Shown here one piece after another: positions 17,701-25,897 of a stretch of 64,000 bases of DNA. Under the pieces are notes generated by a model, which did not search any database, had not been told where the DNA came from, and was given only the letters and a program-made list of their open reading frames with translations. Location: the IMG/VR virus record IMGVR_UViG_3300033463_000014, positions 1 to 64,000 of that record; one strand, 5' to 3'. The stretch comes from a virus. Its lineage: Duplodnaviria > Caudoviricetes. How positions within the stretch are numbered: the first letter of the stretch is position 1; every line of letters begins with the position of its first letter. A program made the position numbers and the translations under genes.

Positions 17701-17915
17701 GAGTCAGACGAGTCCGTCCCGTCGCCGCTGTCTCCGAGCCTGACGTCTGTCAGGATGACGGATGACATCTTGCCGCTGTCGAGCAGCTCGCGTAGGCGCT
17801 CGTAAAGGTATGCCGTCCTGTCGCCGAGCTGCCCGATCGGCACGTTGAGAACCTCCGCGCTGAGGTCTTCCCCGTTCTCGAACTTCGTCAGCTGTGGCCA
17901 CATCAGTGTAGACAT
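14796..17915 (-). CDS. Large baseplate/tail-fibre-associated structural protein (1039 aa)
   Basis: Follows the baseplate wedge genes; N-terminal NGE..SAEVLN.PI.QL..RT.YL resembles tail-fibre/baseplate N-termini; beta-rich. Confidence 0.6.
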   Translation of the reverse strand: MSTLMWPQLTKFENGEDLSAEVLNVPIGQLGDRTAYLYERLRELLDSGKMSSVILTDVRLGDSGDGTDSSDSSDDLRVGSVVYIDSENGTFSKARATMSLYDDFKAADSAFSIGILVRRDAYSSNGDVLVYGKMGLSAGIPIAVSDMIQEGETFRNGRYYLSSNEAGKLTASPNGPLIYVCSITGEVSGSGVFSSGSAMVTPQFLDIGMSHIHRCAVLTARPAGTLSTAGYLPVSYDVEDPSSAPTLTFGGTWTAETDVTYSFWLVSPSSGSSDGGWPNGVTLYWTETPTGGSPVEGSVQIPGPGIEVPISNGMTARVHFPESNSGFAFRDLTESQRTWPALTFPEAGRGWIDHSPLSVASLPSGGGQGSTPEPHVAVMGRIDASPATVNVAFPSTVQVLGLGVIAEGSTFTYRGVTYTFSADPDPNAGSQVLLGSTLADSALYLAGALNGTGGGTFAVLSNESGTEASLVAMGAETIPEGSGDIVSSYVRSDSMSSGYGVVGGTGMRMVVYDGNSRVLGDEAVVTDVSSYVWKDIGNGLSVMVFQDIAGSSATISPGDILSCSITDFEPGAVYDYAIGFDQAIASHWPPVPVKAAALVVNGVEMDSKALFPSSPTVSFGRDTIHWFSDAEGKRPWPEAFSSRGSLIDPSEDKTEVLRWVRGFQCSTGPVTSIQVREGSPFRIVGYGTDTEANTGDLEIEGSFDFKIAGAGLPGYMVPKRARNGVLMAGPVVERIVGGPGVSVISSAGCPSGQGTVVLSLDNGAYQSQFSEIVLENAEQAKIGMFPYVRLKGYATAMTSPSAFTAMMRVPASLPDGRYELKLQASVFGENGFSVSATGAKRYACVRFTYNILPDYRVGTGMEYMNLKTRLLKPDSERTVIIPFGHETSEGTVYNGFDPIMVKTDDGLSDDSDDVVSNAFGSPIPAASDFYGQEGVVAELRPGNLVGIRISRAVTPSGYDAYTGPLGFINISWSLVSTETAGSSRDISAIASEIRGMKEEIDGKVDKDALEGVDVMTNTADGIRSAVRSVSGELGANVVK

Positions 17916-17926
17916 AAGAACTCCTT

Positions 17927-18655
17927 TTAACGGAACACGACCGTCCAGTCAAGGGCGATCTCGAACCCGGACGGCTTCTGGAGATAGACGCCTACCGACG
18001 CTCCCGAACCGGACGGCGAGGAATACCCGGATGACGCGGACGTGTCCTTTAGCGAAGCCCTGGCGATGACGCGGTATTCCCCGCCGCTGTATCCGAGAAG
18101 GACGCACTGGTAGATGTAGCTTCCGTCGCTGAACGTAGCGCCGTTCAGGATTCCGCTGTCCTGGGAGTTCGACACGGCGTGGAACGTCACGGCGTTCCTG
18201 ATAGACCCGTATACCTGTCCGCCGTCACCACCGGGGGACTGGTCCGACGATCCGGAGGAGCCTGAGCCTGATTCCTGGGCGCCCCCTCCGATCGGGGCCG
18301 CGGACTCGCGACCGACCGTGGGAGAGTACGAGAACCCGACGATCTGGATGTCGACCGTCGCCCCGTCCTGCGCCGACGTGAGTTCGCTCACCAGACCGTC
18401 CCACGTCTGGTTCCTCGTGATGACGGACTCGGTCGGCATCGTCGCCTTGTCTCCGTAGATGAACCCTATCCTGGACGGGATGAACGACGTGTCGCCGCCG
18501 AACGCGGCGGCCACGGACTCGGCGGCCATGTAGCTCAGCGTGTTGTGCCTGGCTCCGGAAATGAACGGGGAGCGCCTGCCGGTTGAAAGGTCAATGAACG
18601 ACGGGCTGACGACGCCCCTGTGAAGACGGATACCATCCGAAATTTTCATCATCAC
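17927..18655 (-). CDS. Baseplate structural protein (242 aa; possible fibre-attachment wedge subunit)
   Basis: Position after the wedge genes; N-terminal HNTL and C-terminal K.S.FEIALDWTVVF pattern. Confidence 0.5.
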   Translation of the reverse strand: MMMKISDGIRLHRGVVSPSFIDLSTGRRSPFISGARHNTLSYMAAESVAAAFGGDTSFIPSRIGFIYGDKATMPTESVITRNQTWDGLVSELTSAQDGATVDIQIVGFSYSPTVGRESAAPIGGGAQESGSGSSGSSDQSPGGDGGQVYGSIRNAVTFHAVSNSQDSGILNGATFSDGSYIYQCVLLGYSGGEYRVIARASLKDTSASSGYSSPSGSGASVGVYLQKPSGFEIALDWTVVFR

Positions 18656-20412
18656 TCCCTGACTGCCCTCTTTTTCGCGGGCGCTGGCCTCACGAACCTG
18701 AACCCCACCCTGTCCCCGTAGGACGCGCCCCTTCCCTCCAGACCAGGCAGCGCGACGGCGTCGAACGTCTCCACGACGGCCGGCGCCGACGCCGACACGA
18801 GGGCTCTTTCCATCGAGCTTCCCAGATCCATCCTGTCGTCTTTTCCGACAGGTTGGTGTTCCACGAGGAACAGCCGTATCGCGGACGGGACTACACTTGT
18901 CAGTGTACCAAAAAACATGGGGTCCCGCATGAGTGACGGGTTCTCCAGCTGCGACCTGTCGATGACGGCGAAAATGGTGTTCGCGCCAACGAGGTTCCTC
19001 AGCATGAACTCAGCCGGGGATATCTCAGACCCCTCTTGGCCGATGAGGCTCTCCATGCTCACGCCGGCCTTCTCGGCCGACTCCCACACGCCCTTCCAGA
19101 ACGCCTCGCGGTCACCGTCCGTCCCGCCGACGTCGAAATAGAGCCTCCCGCTTCCGGACGGGTCGCGCTTGACCCTCGTCGTGCCCCACATGGCGTACAC
19201 GCCGTACTCGGTCCTTACCCTGAGGATGTCCGGCGGCAGGATGACGGACGGTATGTCCATCTTGAGGGGGACGGAGAACCCGGTCGCGTATTCCGGCTCG
19301 GCGACCGGGCCGGACGAACCGCCACCAGATTCAGATCCGGATCCTGAGTCCGACCGGACGGAAGGGGTCTCCTCCCTCAGGAGGTTCAGGTAGGGATAGA
19401 CGCGCAGGGACTCGTCGAGTAGGTCCCCCCTGGAGAGTACAGACCCGGGATGGAGCCCCTTGACGAGCGTTGCCCTTTTGCAAACCCTGTACATGCCCAT
19501 GTCCGTCTCGACCTCCTTCGCGTCGTCAGTCTCCGTTATGCTGACGACCGTCTCGCGCTCGTTCTGGATGACGGGGATGTTCAGCATGGCCGCCATGAGC
19601 GTCCTGATGAGCTCAGGCGTAAGCCCGCTGGCGACCGAGCTCCATGCGGCGTTGATGATGCGCTTGACGATCGCGGACGACGGGGCGCTGAGCCCGAGCG
19701 GGTACGAGAGGTGGTCGGCTATGTAGTTCTTGTCGAACAGGACATCCGACGCCCATAGGATTGCCTCCATGTCGGCGTCCTCAGGGTCGTCGCTTTCGCC
19801 CGGTATGTCGTACCGCTCGAACGGCGACCCGTCGGCGAGCGGGTCGTCGGACTCCCTGAAGATTATGGTGTTGTTCCTGAAGGCGAAATCGCCGCCGTCC
19901 CCGGTGTCTGCGTTCAGGACGACCGTCGGGTTGATGATGTTGTCGACGATGCTGGAGGCCATCCCGACGATGTTACCACCGATGGGGTACGTCACGTAGT
20001 CCGCGTGGTTGGCCATAAGCCCCATCTGCAGGACGGTCCCCTCCCCGTACACGCTTCCTTCCGGCTGGGCCCCGATCACGCCTTCCCCGCCGATCGACAG
20101 CATGTTCTCCTGCGCCCTGTTCCTCTGCGAGCGCCTGACGGAGATCGGGTGCCACAGCTCCCTGTGGAAGACGGGCGCCCCGTTCCTGTCCTGGAGCTTA
20201 GCGGCCTCGAGGATGTCAAGGTAGAGCTGGGCGAGCCGGATTCCCCTGGCTCCCTGCAGGCCGCGGATCATTCCCTCCCCCTTGTGGACGCTCCTCCAGA
20301 TGCTGCCGAGCCAGGAGTAGAGCGTGTTCCCCGCGCTCTCGGCGTATCCTTCCGGGATGTCGACGATCGAGTTCCTGACCATCGGGTCGTCCTGTCCGTA
20401 GATGTCTCTCAT
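18652..20412 (-). CDS. Baseplate wedge protein (gp7/gpI-equivalent position, 586 aa)
   Basis: Directly follows the baseplate J-like gene; inferred from synteny. Confidence 0.5.
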   Translation of the reverse strand: MRDIYGQDDPMVRNSIVDIPEGYAESAGNTLYSWLGSIWRSVHKGEGMIRGLQGARGIRLAQLYLDILEAAKLQDRNGAPVFHRELWHPISVRRSQRNRAQENMLSIGGEGVIGAQPEGSVYGEGTVLQMGLMANHADYVTYPIGGNIVGMASSIVDNIINPTVVLNADTGDGGDFAFRNNTIIFRESDDPLADGSPFERYDIPGESDDPEDADMEAILWASDVLFDKNYIADHLSYPLGLSAPSSAIVKRIINAAWSSVASGLTPELIRTLMAAMLNIPVIQNERETVVSITETDDAKEVETDMGMYRVCKRATLVKGLHPGSVLSRGDLLDESLRVYPYLNLLREETPSVRSDSGSGSESGGGSSGPVAEPEYATGFSVPLKMDIPSVILPPDILRVRTEYGVYAMWGTTRVKRDPSGSGRLYFDVGGTDGDREAFWKGVWESAEKAGVSMESLIGQEGSEISPAEFMLRNLVGANTIFAVIDRSQLENPSLMRDPMFFGTLTSVVPSAIRLFLVEHQPVGKDDRMDLGSSMERALVSASAPAVVETFDAVALPGLEGRGASYGDRVGFRFVRPAPAKKRAVRE

Positions 20413-20436
20413 GTCCTGGAGGCCTCCTCAACCGAA

Positions 20437-22146
20437 TCACGCGTTCGGGATCATCTTGATCTGTATGCCGCCCCTTTCTGCGGCGAACACGACCGTGTCC
20501 TTCGATATCATCGCAGGTCCGTCCTCGATGGACGAGATGTCCAGGGCGTCCCCGCTCAGGCTGTGGGCCACTCCGAGCGCGTCATGGAGCGTTCCGTAAA
20601 GCATATCCTGGTTCGGCATGTCGACCGACACGGCGCCGAGGTTCTTCAGGATCTGGACGATGTCCGACCTCGTGAGCCTTCCGACGAACCCAAGACCGTT
20701 GATGTGGGTCCTGATGAGGGTCTTCGCCTCCTCCTCGTCGATAGGGTTTTTCGGGTCGTAGTGCACGACCGCGTTCACGGACACGCTGCAGACGATCGGG
20801 CACCTGACGACGACGTCCGTGGCGACGCTCCTGACGTCGTCCCTGTCCACATACGCCTGGATGTCGACGGCCTGCGGTAGGCAGTACATCGTTACCTTGA
20901 AGTCCCGTGAGGATGACCACTCGTATCCCGTTTCGGCCGATCCTCCGTCCGGCGGGACGTCCGTGAGCCTTATCCTGAAGCCCTGCCAAACCGTGTTGAA
21001 CGCCTCCGCGGGTCCGGAGGACACGTCGATGTCGTGCCACGTGCCCGAGACGTCGGCCGTGCGCTCGGCCGTGAATGCGAGCGACGACAGGACGGTCTCG
21101 TACTCCTCCGCGCCGACCGACCCGGAGGAGGAGGACGACGCCGCCAGTCTGCTGAACGGGTCTGAGACTGACTTTACCCAGCACGCGCCCGGGAACATGC
21201 CGGTGGGGACTTCGACTGTGTACGTCCCGTCCGACTCACCGGCGGAGCCCGTGACGGTCTTCGTAACCGTGAAGGCGTCCGTGAAGTTCCTGACGTAAAG
21301 GTCGATCCTTCCTCCGACACCGACACCGAACACGTTGTGCCTGTCCCTCCTCTGGGCCGGATGCCCGTATCCCACGGACGAAACCGCGACGATGGGGTTG
21401 TCTCCGGAGTCGAACTCGGCCCGCAGCATGCCCTCTGACGCCGTCCTGCTCACGAACCCCCTGATCGAAAGACCGGATGGGATGCTCTCGATGATCGACT
21501 CGAGCGACTGCGTGTCTGACCCTCCGCCGAAATCCTTGTAGGCCTCGGCCATGACGAACGTGGAGACCTGCGACCCGGGGGAGAGAGACGTGCCCTGCTG
21601 GATGTTCCCGGCCTCGCCCACCTCGGACGCCGTCACGGGGACGAGGAAGAAGTATCCTGCGGCCCCCTCGTAGAGCTTCGTGGTGGGCGTCACGCTCGGG
21701 TTACGGATGCCTGCGGACGTGGCGACAACCTGCGCGTCGGCTTCGAACGACAGCCCGTCGGCGGTCGTGAACACGGCCCCCTCCGGGACGGAGTATGCGA
21801 GCGCGCCGTCGGAGACGACGATTTTCACGGTTCCCCTGGCCTTCGTCCCGGACGACGGCGTGATGTTGAAGTTGGAGAGGATGGACGCCACGTCCTCCGG
21901 GTCGATCTCCTCCCCATCGTCCTGCGCCTCCTTGAGCATGGCGAGGGACGACGACTTCCTGGCCTCCGCTATCTGGCCCGACACGACGCTCTCGACAGCC
22001 GCCTCCGGATCGACCAGGAGGTCCCTCAGGACCGTCCCGCTCCTCGTGTCGAGCTTCCTGTTGTAGGCCTTGATGCCGGCTATGACCGTCTGGGCGGCCG
22101 AGTCGAAATCCTCCTGCGTGATGTCATCTAGCGTGATCGTCTTCAT
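20437..22146 (-). CDS. Baseplate J/gp6-like wedge protein (569 aa)
   Basis: LDTRSGTVLRDLL, ARGTVKI, VPEGAVFTTADGLSF, VTASEVGEAGNI, FGGGSDTQS, GGRIDLYV motifs typical of Baseplate_J. Confidence 0.85.
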   Translation of the reverse strand: MKTITLDDITQEDFDSAAQTVIAGIKAYNRKLDTRSGTVLRDLLVDPEAAVESVVSGQIAEARKSSSLAMLKEAQDDGEEIDPEDVASILSNFNITPSSGTKARGTVKIVVSDGALAYSVPEGAVFTTADGLSFEADAQVVATSAGIRNPSVTPTTKLYEGAAGYFFLVPVTASEVGEAGNIQQGTSLSPGSQVSTFVMAEAYKDFGGGSDTQSLESIIESIPSGLSIRGFVSRTASEGMLRAEFDSGDNPIVAVSSVGYGHPAQRRDRHNVFGVGVGGRIDLYVRNFTDAFTVTKTVTGSAGESDGTYTVEVPTGMFPGACWVKSVSDPFSRLAASSSSSGSVGAEEYETVLSSLAFTAERTADVSGTWHDIDVSSGPAEAFNTVWQGFRIRLTDVPPDGGSAETGYEWSSSRDFKVTMYCLPQAVDIQAYVDRDDVRSVATDVVVRCPIVCSVSVNAVVHYDPKNPIDEEEAKTLIRTHINGLGFVGRLTRSDIVQILKNLGAVSVDMPNQDMLYGTLHDALGVAHSLSGDALDISSIEDGPAMISKDTVVFAAERGGIQIKMIPNA

Positions 22147-22649
22147 CAGTGAACCCCCACCGCTACCGGTATGATGTATGTGTACGACTGTCCGGACGCC
22201 GTCGTCAGCAAAACCGAAATCTCGACCCTCGACCTCTCCCTCGAGTAGCTGAGACCGGTGACCTCGGACTCCTCGAGCGACTCGTCCGCCGGCGTGTCCT
22301 CGTCCGTTTCCTCGTCCCCCTCCTTGGTCTGCGTCCTGGCCATCATGTTCGCCTCGGCGGCGACTGCCTCAAGGGTCGGCATGTTGTACACGAGCCCCTC
22401 GGCGACGCTCGGTACCAGGTTCGTGCCGTGGCCATCCCTGAATTTGGCGCTTCCGAGGGCGGTGATGAACGCGTTCGCGTACCGCTGGACCATCTTCTCG
22501 ACTCCCGTGACGATCATGGGCTCGCCCGAGACATTGGAAACGTCCACGTCTACCGGGACCCTGACCGCAGGGGCGTCCAGGATCGTCTTGAGCATCAGGA
22601 GGTCAACCGTCCTACCGTCATAGTCAATCTTCGCCGCTCCAGAAGCCAT
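22146..22649 (-). CDS. gp25/gpW-like baseplate (sheath-initiator) protein (167 aa)
   Basis: TGVEKMVQR...ITALGS..F...GTNL pattern; immediately upstream of baseplate J. Confidence 0.7.
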   Translation of the reverse strand: MASGAAKIDYDGRTVDLLMLKTILDAPAVRVPVDVDVSNVSGEPMIVTGVEKMVQRYANAFITALGSAKFRDGHGTNLVPSVAEGLVYNMPTLEAVAAEANMMARTQTKEGDEETDEDTPADESLEESEVTGLSYSRERSRVEISVLLTTASGQSYTYIIPVAVGVH

Positions 22650-23051
22650 TTAACCCTCCTCCGCGAACTCGTCCCTCATCGACCTGAGCGGAGTCCTGGA
22701 CGTCACGAACGGAGTCCTCAGGTCCCTCAAGCATGAGACGGACCCCCGCCCGAAGTCCTCGTTGATCTCGCGCCACCCGCCGATCGCGAAGCACACGCGC
22801 CTCCTCAGCCTGATGAGCTCCTCTACGCTGTTCCGCTTCTTGTCGTACTCGGCTATCCACGCCGCGTCGTCATCTTTCCAGTCGAAAAGCCCGAGAAGCT
22901 CATCAATCGCCATGCCCTTCCCGTCCTCCCCGCACCTCTGGAGGAGAGAGCGGTACGGGCGGTCCATCGCGAAGTCGTTTCGGTAACCCGTCTCCCCGTT
23001 CTTGTCCCCGCTGTCCTCGATCAGTAAATCGACCGCCTCTTTAGCCCCCAT
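22650..23051 (-). CDS. Hypothetical protein (133 aa; start reassigned to MGAKEAVD)
   Basis: ATG 23051 overlaps the end of the sigma gene; the longer upstream extension is out-of-frame overlap. Confidence 0.55.
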   Translation of the reverse strand: MGAKEAVDLLIEDSGDKNGETGYRNDFAMDRPYRSLLQRCGEDGKGMAIDELLGLFDWKDDDAAWIAEYDKKRNSVEELIRLRRRVCFAIGGWREINEDFGRGSVSCLRDLRTPFVTSRTPLRSMRDEFAEEG

Positions 23052-23802
23052 GTCTACCCCCACCTGCGAAATCGGCGATATCCCTCGCGATGGCCGACGC
23101 CCTCTGCGAGACGGCAGCCTGCGAGATGTTAAGCATGTCGGCGAGGCTTGACCCGGACATCTCCTTCTTACCGTGCATGCCCGTCTTCCCGTCGAAAATG
23201 GCCTTGTCCCTATCGTCCAGCCCCATGTAGACCGCATCGGCGGCGTATGACGCCCTGTCAGGCTCTCGGAGCCCGGGGTCACCGTACGAGCGCTCGTCGT
23301 CAGGGTCCGACTCAGATAACCCGCTCACCGAGTGGACGGCCGACCCCCTGATCTTAGCGATGGCCTTCGCGCTCCAGCCCGTCTCGTCCGTCAGCTCCTC
23401 GTCGGTTGGTCTCCTGCCGAGCTCGTCCTCAAGCCGTTTCTCGGTCGCGGCGAGCTCCGCCGCGTTCCTCAGCATCTCCTCGGACGCCCTGACCGGACGC
23501 AGCCGCTTCCCGTAGCGGGAGAGCTGGCGCAGGTTCGTGACCACCCACGAGTTTAGCCTCGTGTTCCCCATCGGGTTGTACGACCGTATCGCCTGCGTGA
23601 CGATGAATCGCCCCCTGGACCTCAGGAGCTCCTTCGGCCCGGAATACTGCATGATCTCTGCGTTGACCGTCGGCATGAAGGCCTCGACCAGCCCGGCCAT
23701 GTTCTCCGGCGTCTGGTTGACGACCCACGCGTTGTACGCCCTCGTGTAACTGTCCTGTCCTTTTGGATCCATGCTCCCTCCGAAATCCCAAACCCTAGCC
23801 AA
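23041..23802 (-). CDS. Sigma-70 family RNA polymerase sigma factor (FliA/SigF-like; regions 2, 3, 4)
   Basis: QAIRSYNP..NTRLNSWV (region 2), LEDELGRRPTDEEL (region 3), LDDRDKAIF...LADMLNISQAAVSQR (region 4 HTH). Confidence 0.8.
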   Translation of the reverse strand: MARVWDFGGSMDPKGQDSYTRAYNAWVVNQTPENMAGLVEAFMPTVNAEIMQYSGPKELLRSRGRFIVTQAIRSYNPMGNTRLNSWVVTNLRQLSRYGKRLRPVRASEEMLRNAAELAATEKRLEDELGRRPTDEELTDETGWSAKAIAKIRGSAVHSVSGLSESDPDDERSYGDPGLREPDRASYAADAVYMGLDDRDKAIFDGKTGMHGKKEMSGSSLADMLNISQAAVSQRASAIARDIADFAGGGRHGG

Positions 23803-25288
23803 GGTCGTAGACCGCGTTGATGTTTCCGTCCGGAACCGTCTGAACGGTCTTTGTCGGCCTGACGTGGGTCATCTCGACAAGCGTCGAGCATCCGCCATTG
23901 GACGACATCGTGTGCACGACCTTCCTGCCGTACCCGTAATAGATGTCCTTGCCGTCCGACACGAACCTGAACGTGTTTCCGGGAAGGATAAGCTTGCCGT
24001 CTACGTCCCTGAAGCCGAGCGCCATCTGGGCCCTGGCCGTGTTGAGCGATCCGTACGAGATCTCGTAGACGGCCCGGCAGTAGTTCATGATCGCTCTGTT
24101 GAAGCTGTCTGTCGCAAGGTCGGTCATCGCGATCTCGGATTCGGATATGTTCTGGCCTTTCGCCCCGTCCTCGGCGAACGCCTGGCACAGGATGGGCGGC
24201 GCGCTCGTCTTCATGATCCTGCCGTCGGAGCTCTCCGGGTCGACGGGGGCGTAGAGGATGTCGCAGACTCCCTCGTTCCTCTTTTTCTTCTCTCCCTTGA
24301 ATCCGGACTGCAGCGGTTTCGTGAACATGTTGACCGGGCGGGCCATCACGCCGACGAGCTTCATCATGTCCATCCCCGGCAGCTCGGTCATCATGCAGCG
24401 GTCCTCGTCCAGCCTGATGACGCTGTCCGTCCTCCACGGCTTCAGGGGCTCGATGACCAGCCCCTTCTCCATGGTGTAGTTGTTCTTCTCGTTCTGGACG
24501 ACTCCCAGAAAGAGCGATCCTGACGACCTGACGATCATGTCCCACGTGGACGTTCCGTCATCGGCCGGGCAGACCATGGTCCCGATCGCGGCGGCGATCT
24601 TATTGACGGCGTCCTGCGTGGTCACGGCATTCCAGAAGATCATTTTCCCGGAGCCATTGTATTTCTCGGCGATGTACCTCTCCGGGTCGTACTCGTTCAC
24701 GCCGAGGTTCTTCCTGTACTCCTCCGGCATGTCGTCCGGCGCCTGGTAGAAATCGACGTCATCTCGCATGGCGCTGTAGACCGCGGACACAATCTCAAGG
24801 AACGACCCGCAGTTGGCGGACGCGGACGATATGACGCTGTACGCCGTTGACTTTGGCTCCTCGTAGATCGACCCGACCTTCGTCAGGTAGCATGACGGGT
24901 GCTGCAGGATCACGGACAGGTGTGGAGCTGCGGTCGCGCTGGCGCCGGAGAGTCCGACGCCGCATAGGACCCAGTTCTCAAGCGTCAGCTTCTCGTCCTT
25001 GATATCCTTCTCGGTGCTTTTCGTCTTGAGCGTGATCTTGACGGTACCGCGCGTCTTGAGGCCCTCGGCCTTCTTTGAGAGCTTCTTGTAGAGATCGGCG
25101 AAATCGGAGATCCTCGGCCTTGAGACTGACGGGGAGAGCGGCGACGCGTCGTAATTTTTCGACGGGGGGACCATGAGCTCGATGCGCGGGATCTCGTTGA
25201 CCGCGAGGATGATGTTCGCACCGCATACATCGACGCTCTCTCCGTCGATCTTCGCCTCGAACGATAATGTTACGACCCTCTCCTCCAT
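23795..25288 (-). CDS. Baseplate hub protein (gp27/gpD-like, 497 aa)
   Basis: Position downstream of the tape measure gene; C-terminal ILPGNTFRF...YYGYGRKVVH...T.VEMTHVR resembles hub proteins. Confidence 0.6.
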   Translation of the reverse strand: MEERVVTLSFEAKIDGESVDVCGANIILAVNEIPRIELMVPPSKNYDASPLSPSVSRPRISDFADLYKKLSKKAEGLKTRGTVKITLKTKSTEKDIKDEKLTLENWVLCGVGLSGASATAAPHLSVILQHPSCYLTKVGSIYEEPKSTAYSVISSASANCGSFLEIVSAVYSAMRDDVDFYQAPDDMPEEYRKNLGVNEYDPERYIAEKYNGSGKMIFWNAVTTQDAVNKIAAAIGTMVCPADDGTSTWDMIVRSSGSLFLGVVQNEKNNYTMEKGLVIEPLKPWRTDSVIRLDEDRCMMTELPGMDMMKLVGVMARPVNMFTKPLQSGFKGEKKKRNEGVCDILYAPVDPESSDGRIMKTSAPPILCQAFAEDGAKGQNISESEIAMTDLATDSFNRAIMNYCRAVYEISYGSLNTARAQMALGFRDVDGKLILPGNTFRFVSDGKDIYYGYGRKVVHTMSSNGGCSTLVEMTHVRPTKTVQTVPDGNINAVYDLG

Positions 25289-25306
25289 CGCCTGAAACCC
25301 CCGTCT

Positions 25307-25885
25307 CTACTTCAGGGACTTGATGTCTCCGCCCCCGACCCTCTTGTCCGATGCGATGTCTGGGCCGCCCTCGAACGACCGGATGTCGCCCTCGCCGAGC
25401 TTCTTGCCCTTCTTGCTCTTGTCCTCAAGCTGCATGATGAACGCAGCCGTTGCGTGGCAGATTCCCTTCGTGCCCTCGATCTGCCCGATGTCGATCCCGA
25501 CCAGCCATCCCTTCGTCGAGAAGCTGCCTATCGTGATGTTCATGGCCTTCGTCTTCTGCGAGATGCGGTTCGCGACGTATTTTGTCAGGCCGGCCTTGAT
25601 GGCGCCCGTGTTGCTCTTGCCCCTGCACGCCGCCGTTCCGATGAACACGGCGAACTGGAGCGTGATGCCGCACCTCGCCTGGTCGTTCCCGAGGGCGTAG
25701 ATGTACGACACGTCGTTGAAGCACTGGCGCACGTCCACGATCTCCTTGGCCCCGATCGCGACGTTCTCAAGGATCCACGAGTCGTCTATGAGGGAACCGA
25801 ACGCGCCGACCCTCACCTTGACCGACGCCGTCGGACCCCACACGACCGTTGACCTTCCTACACCGACTATGCTGAAAACTTCCAT
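25307..25885 (-). CDS. Tail-tube-like baseplate protein (tube initiator, gp48/54-like; 192 aa)
   Basis: Directly after the tape measure gene; VRQCFNDVSYIYALG resembles the tube's VINTIGDKRVISIG. Confidence 0.5.
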   Translation of the reverse strand: MEVFSIVGVGRSTVVWGPTASVKVRVGAFGSLIDDSWILENVAIGAKEIVDVRQCFNDVSYIYALGNDQARCGITLQFAVFIGTAACRGKSNTGAIKAGLTKYVANRISQKTKAMNITIGSFSTKGWLVGIDIGQIEGTKGICHATAAFIMQLEDKSKKGKKLGEGDIRSFEGGPDIASDKRVGGGDIKSLK

Positions 25886-25897
25886 GTCCGGACCGAT

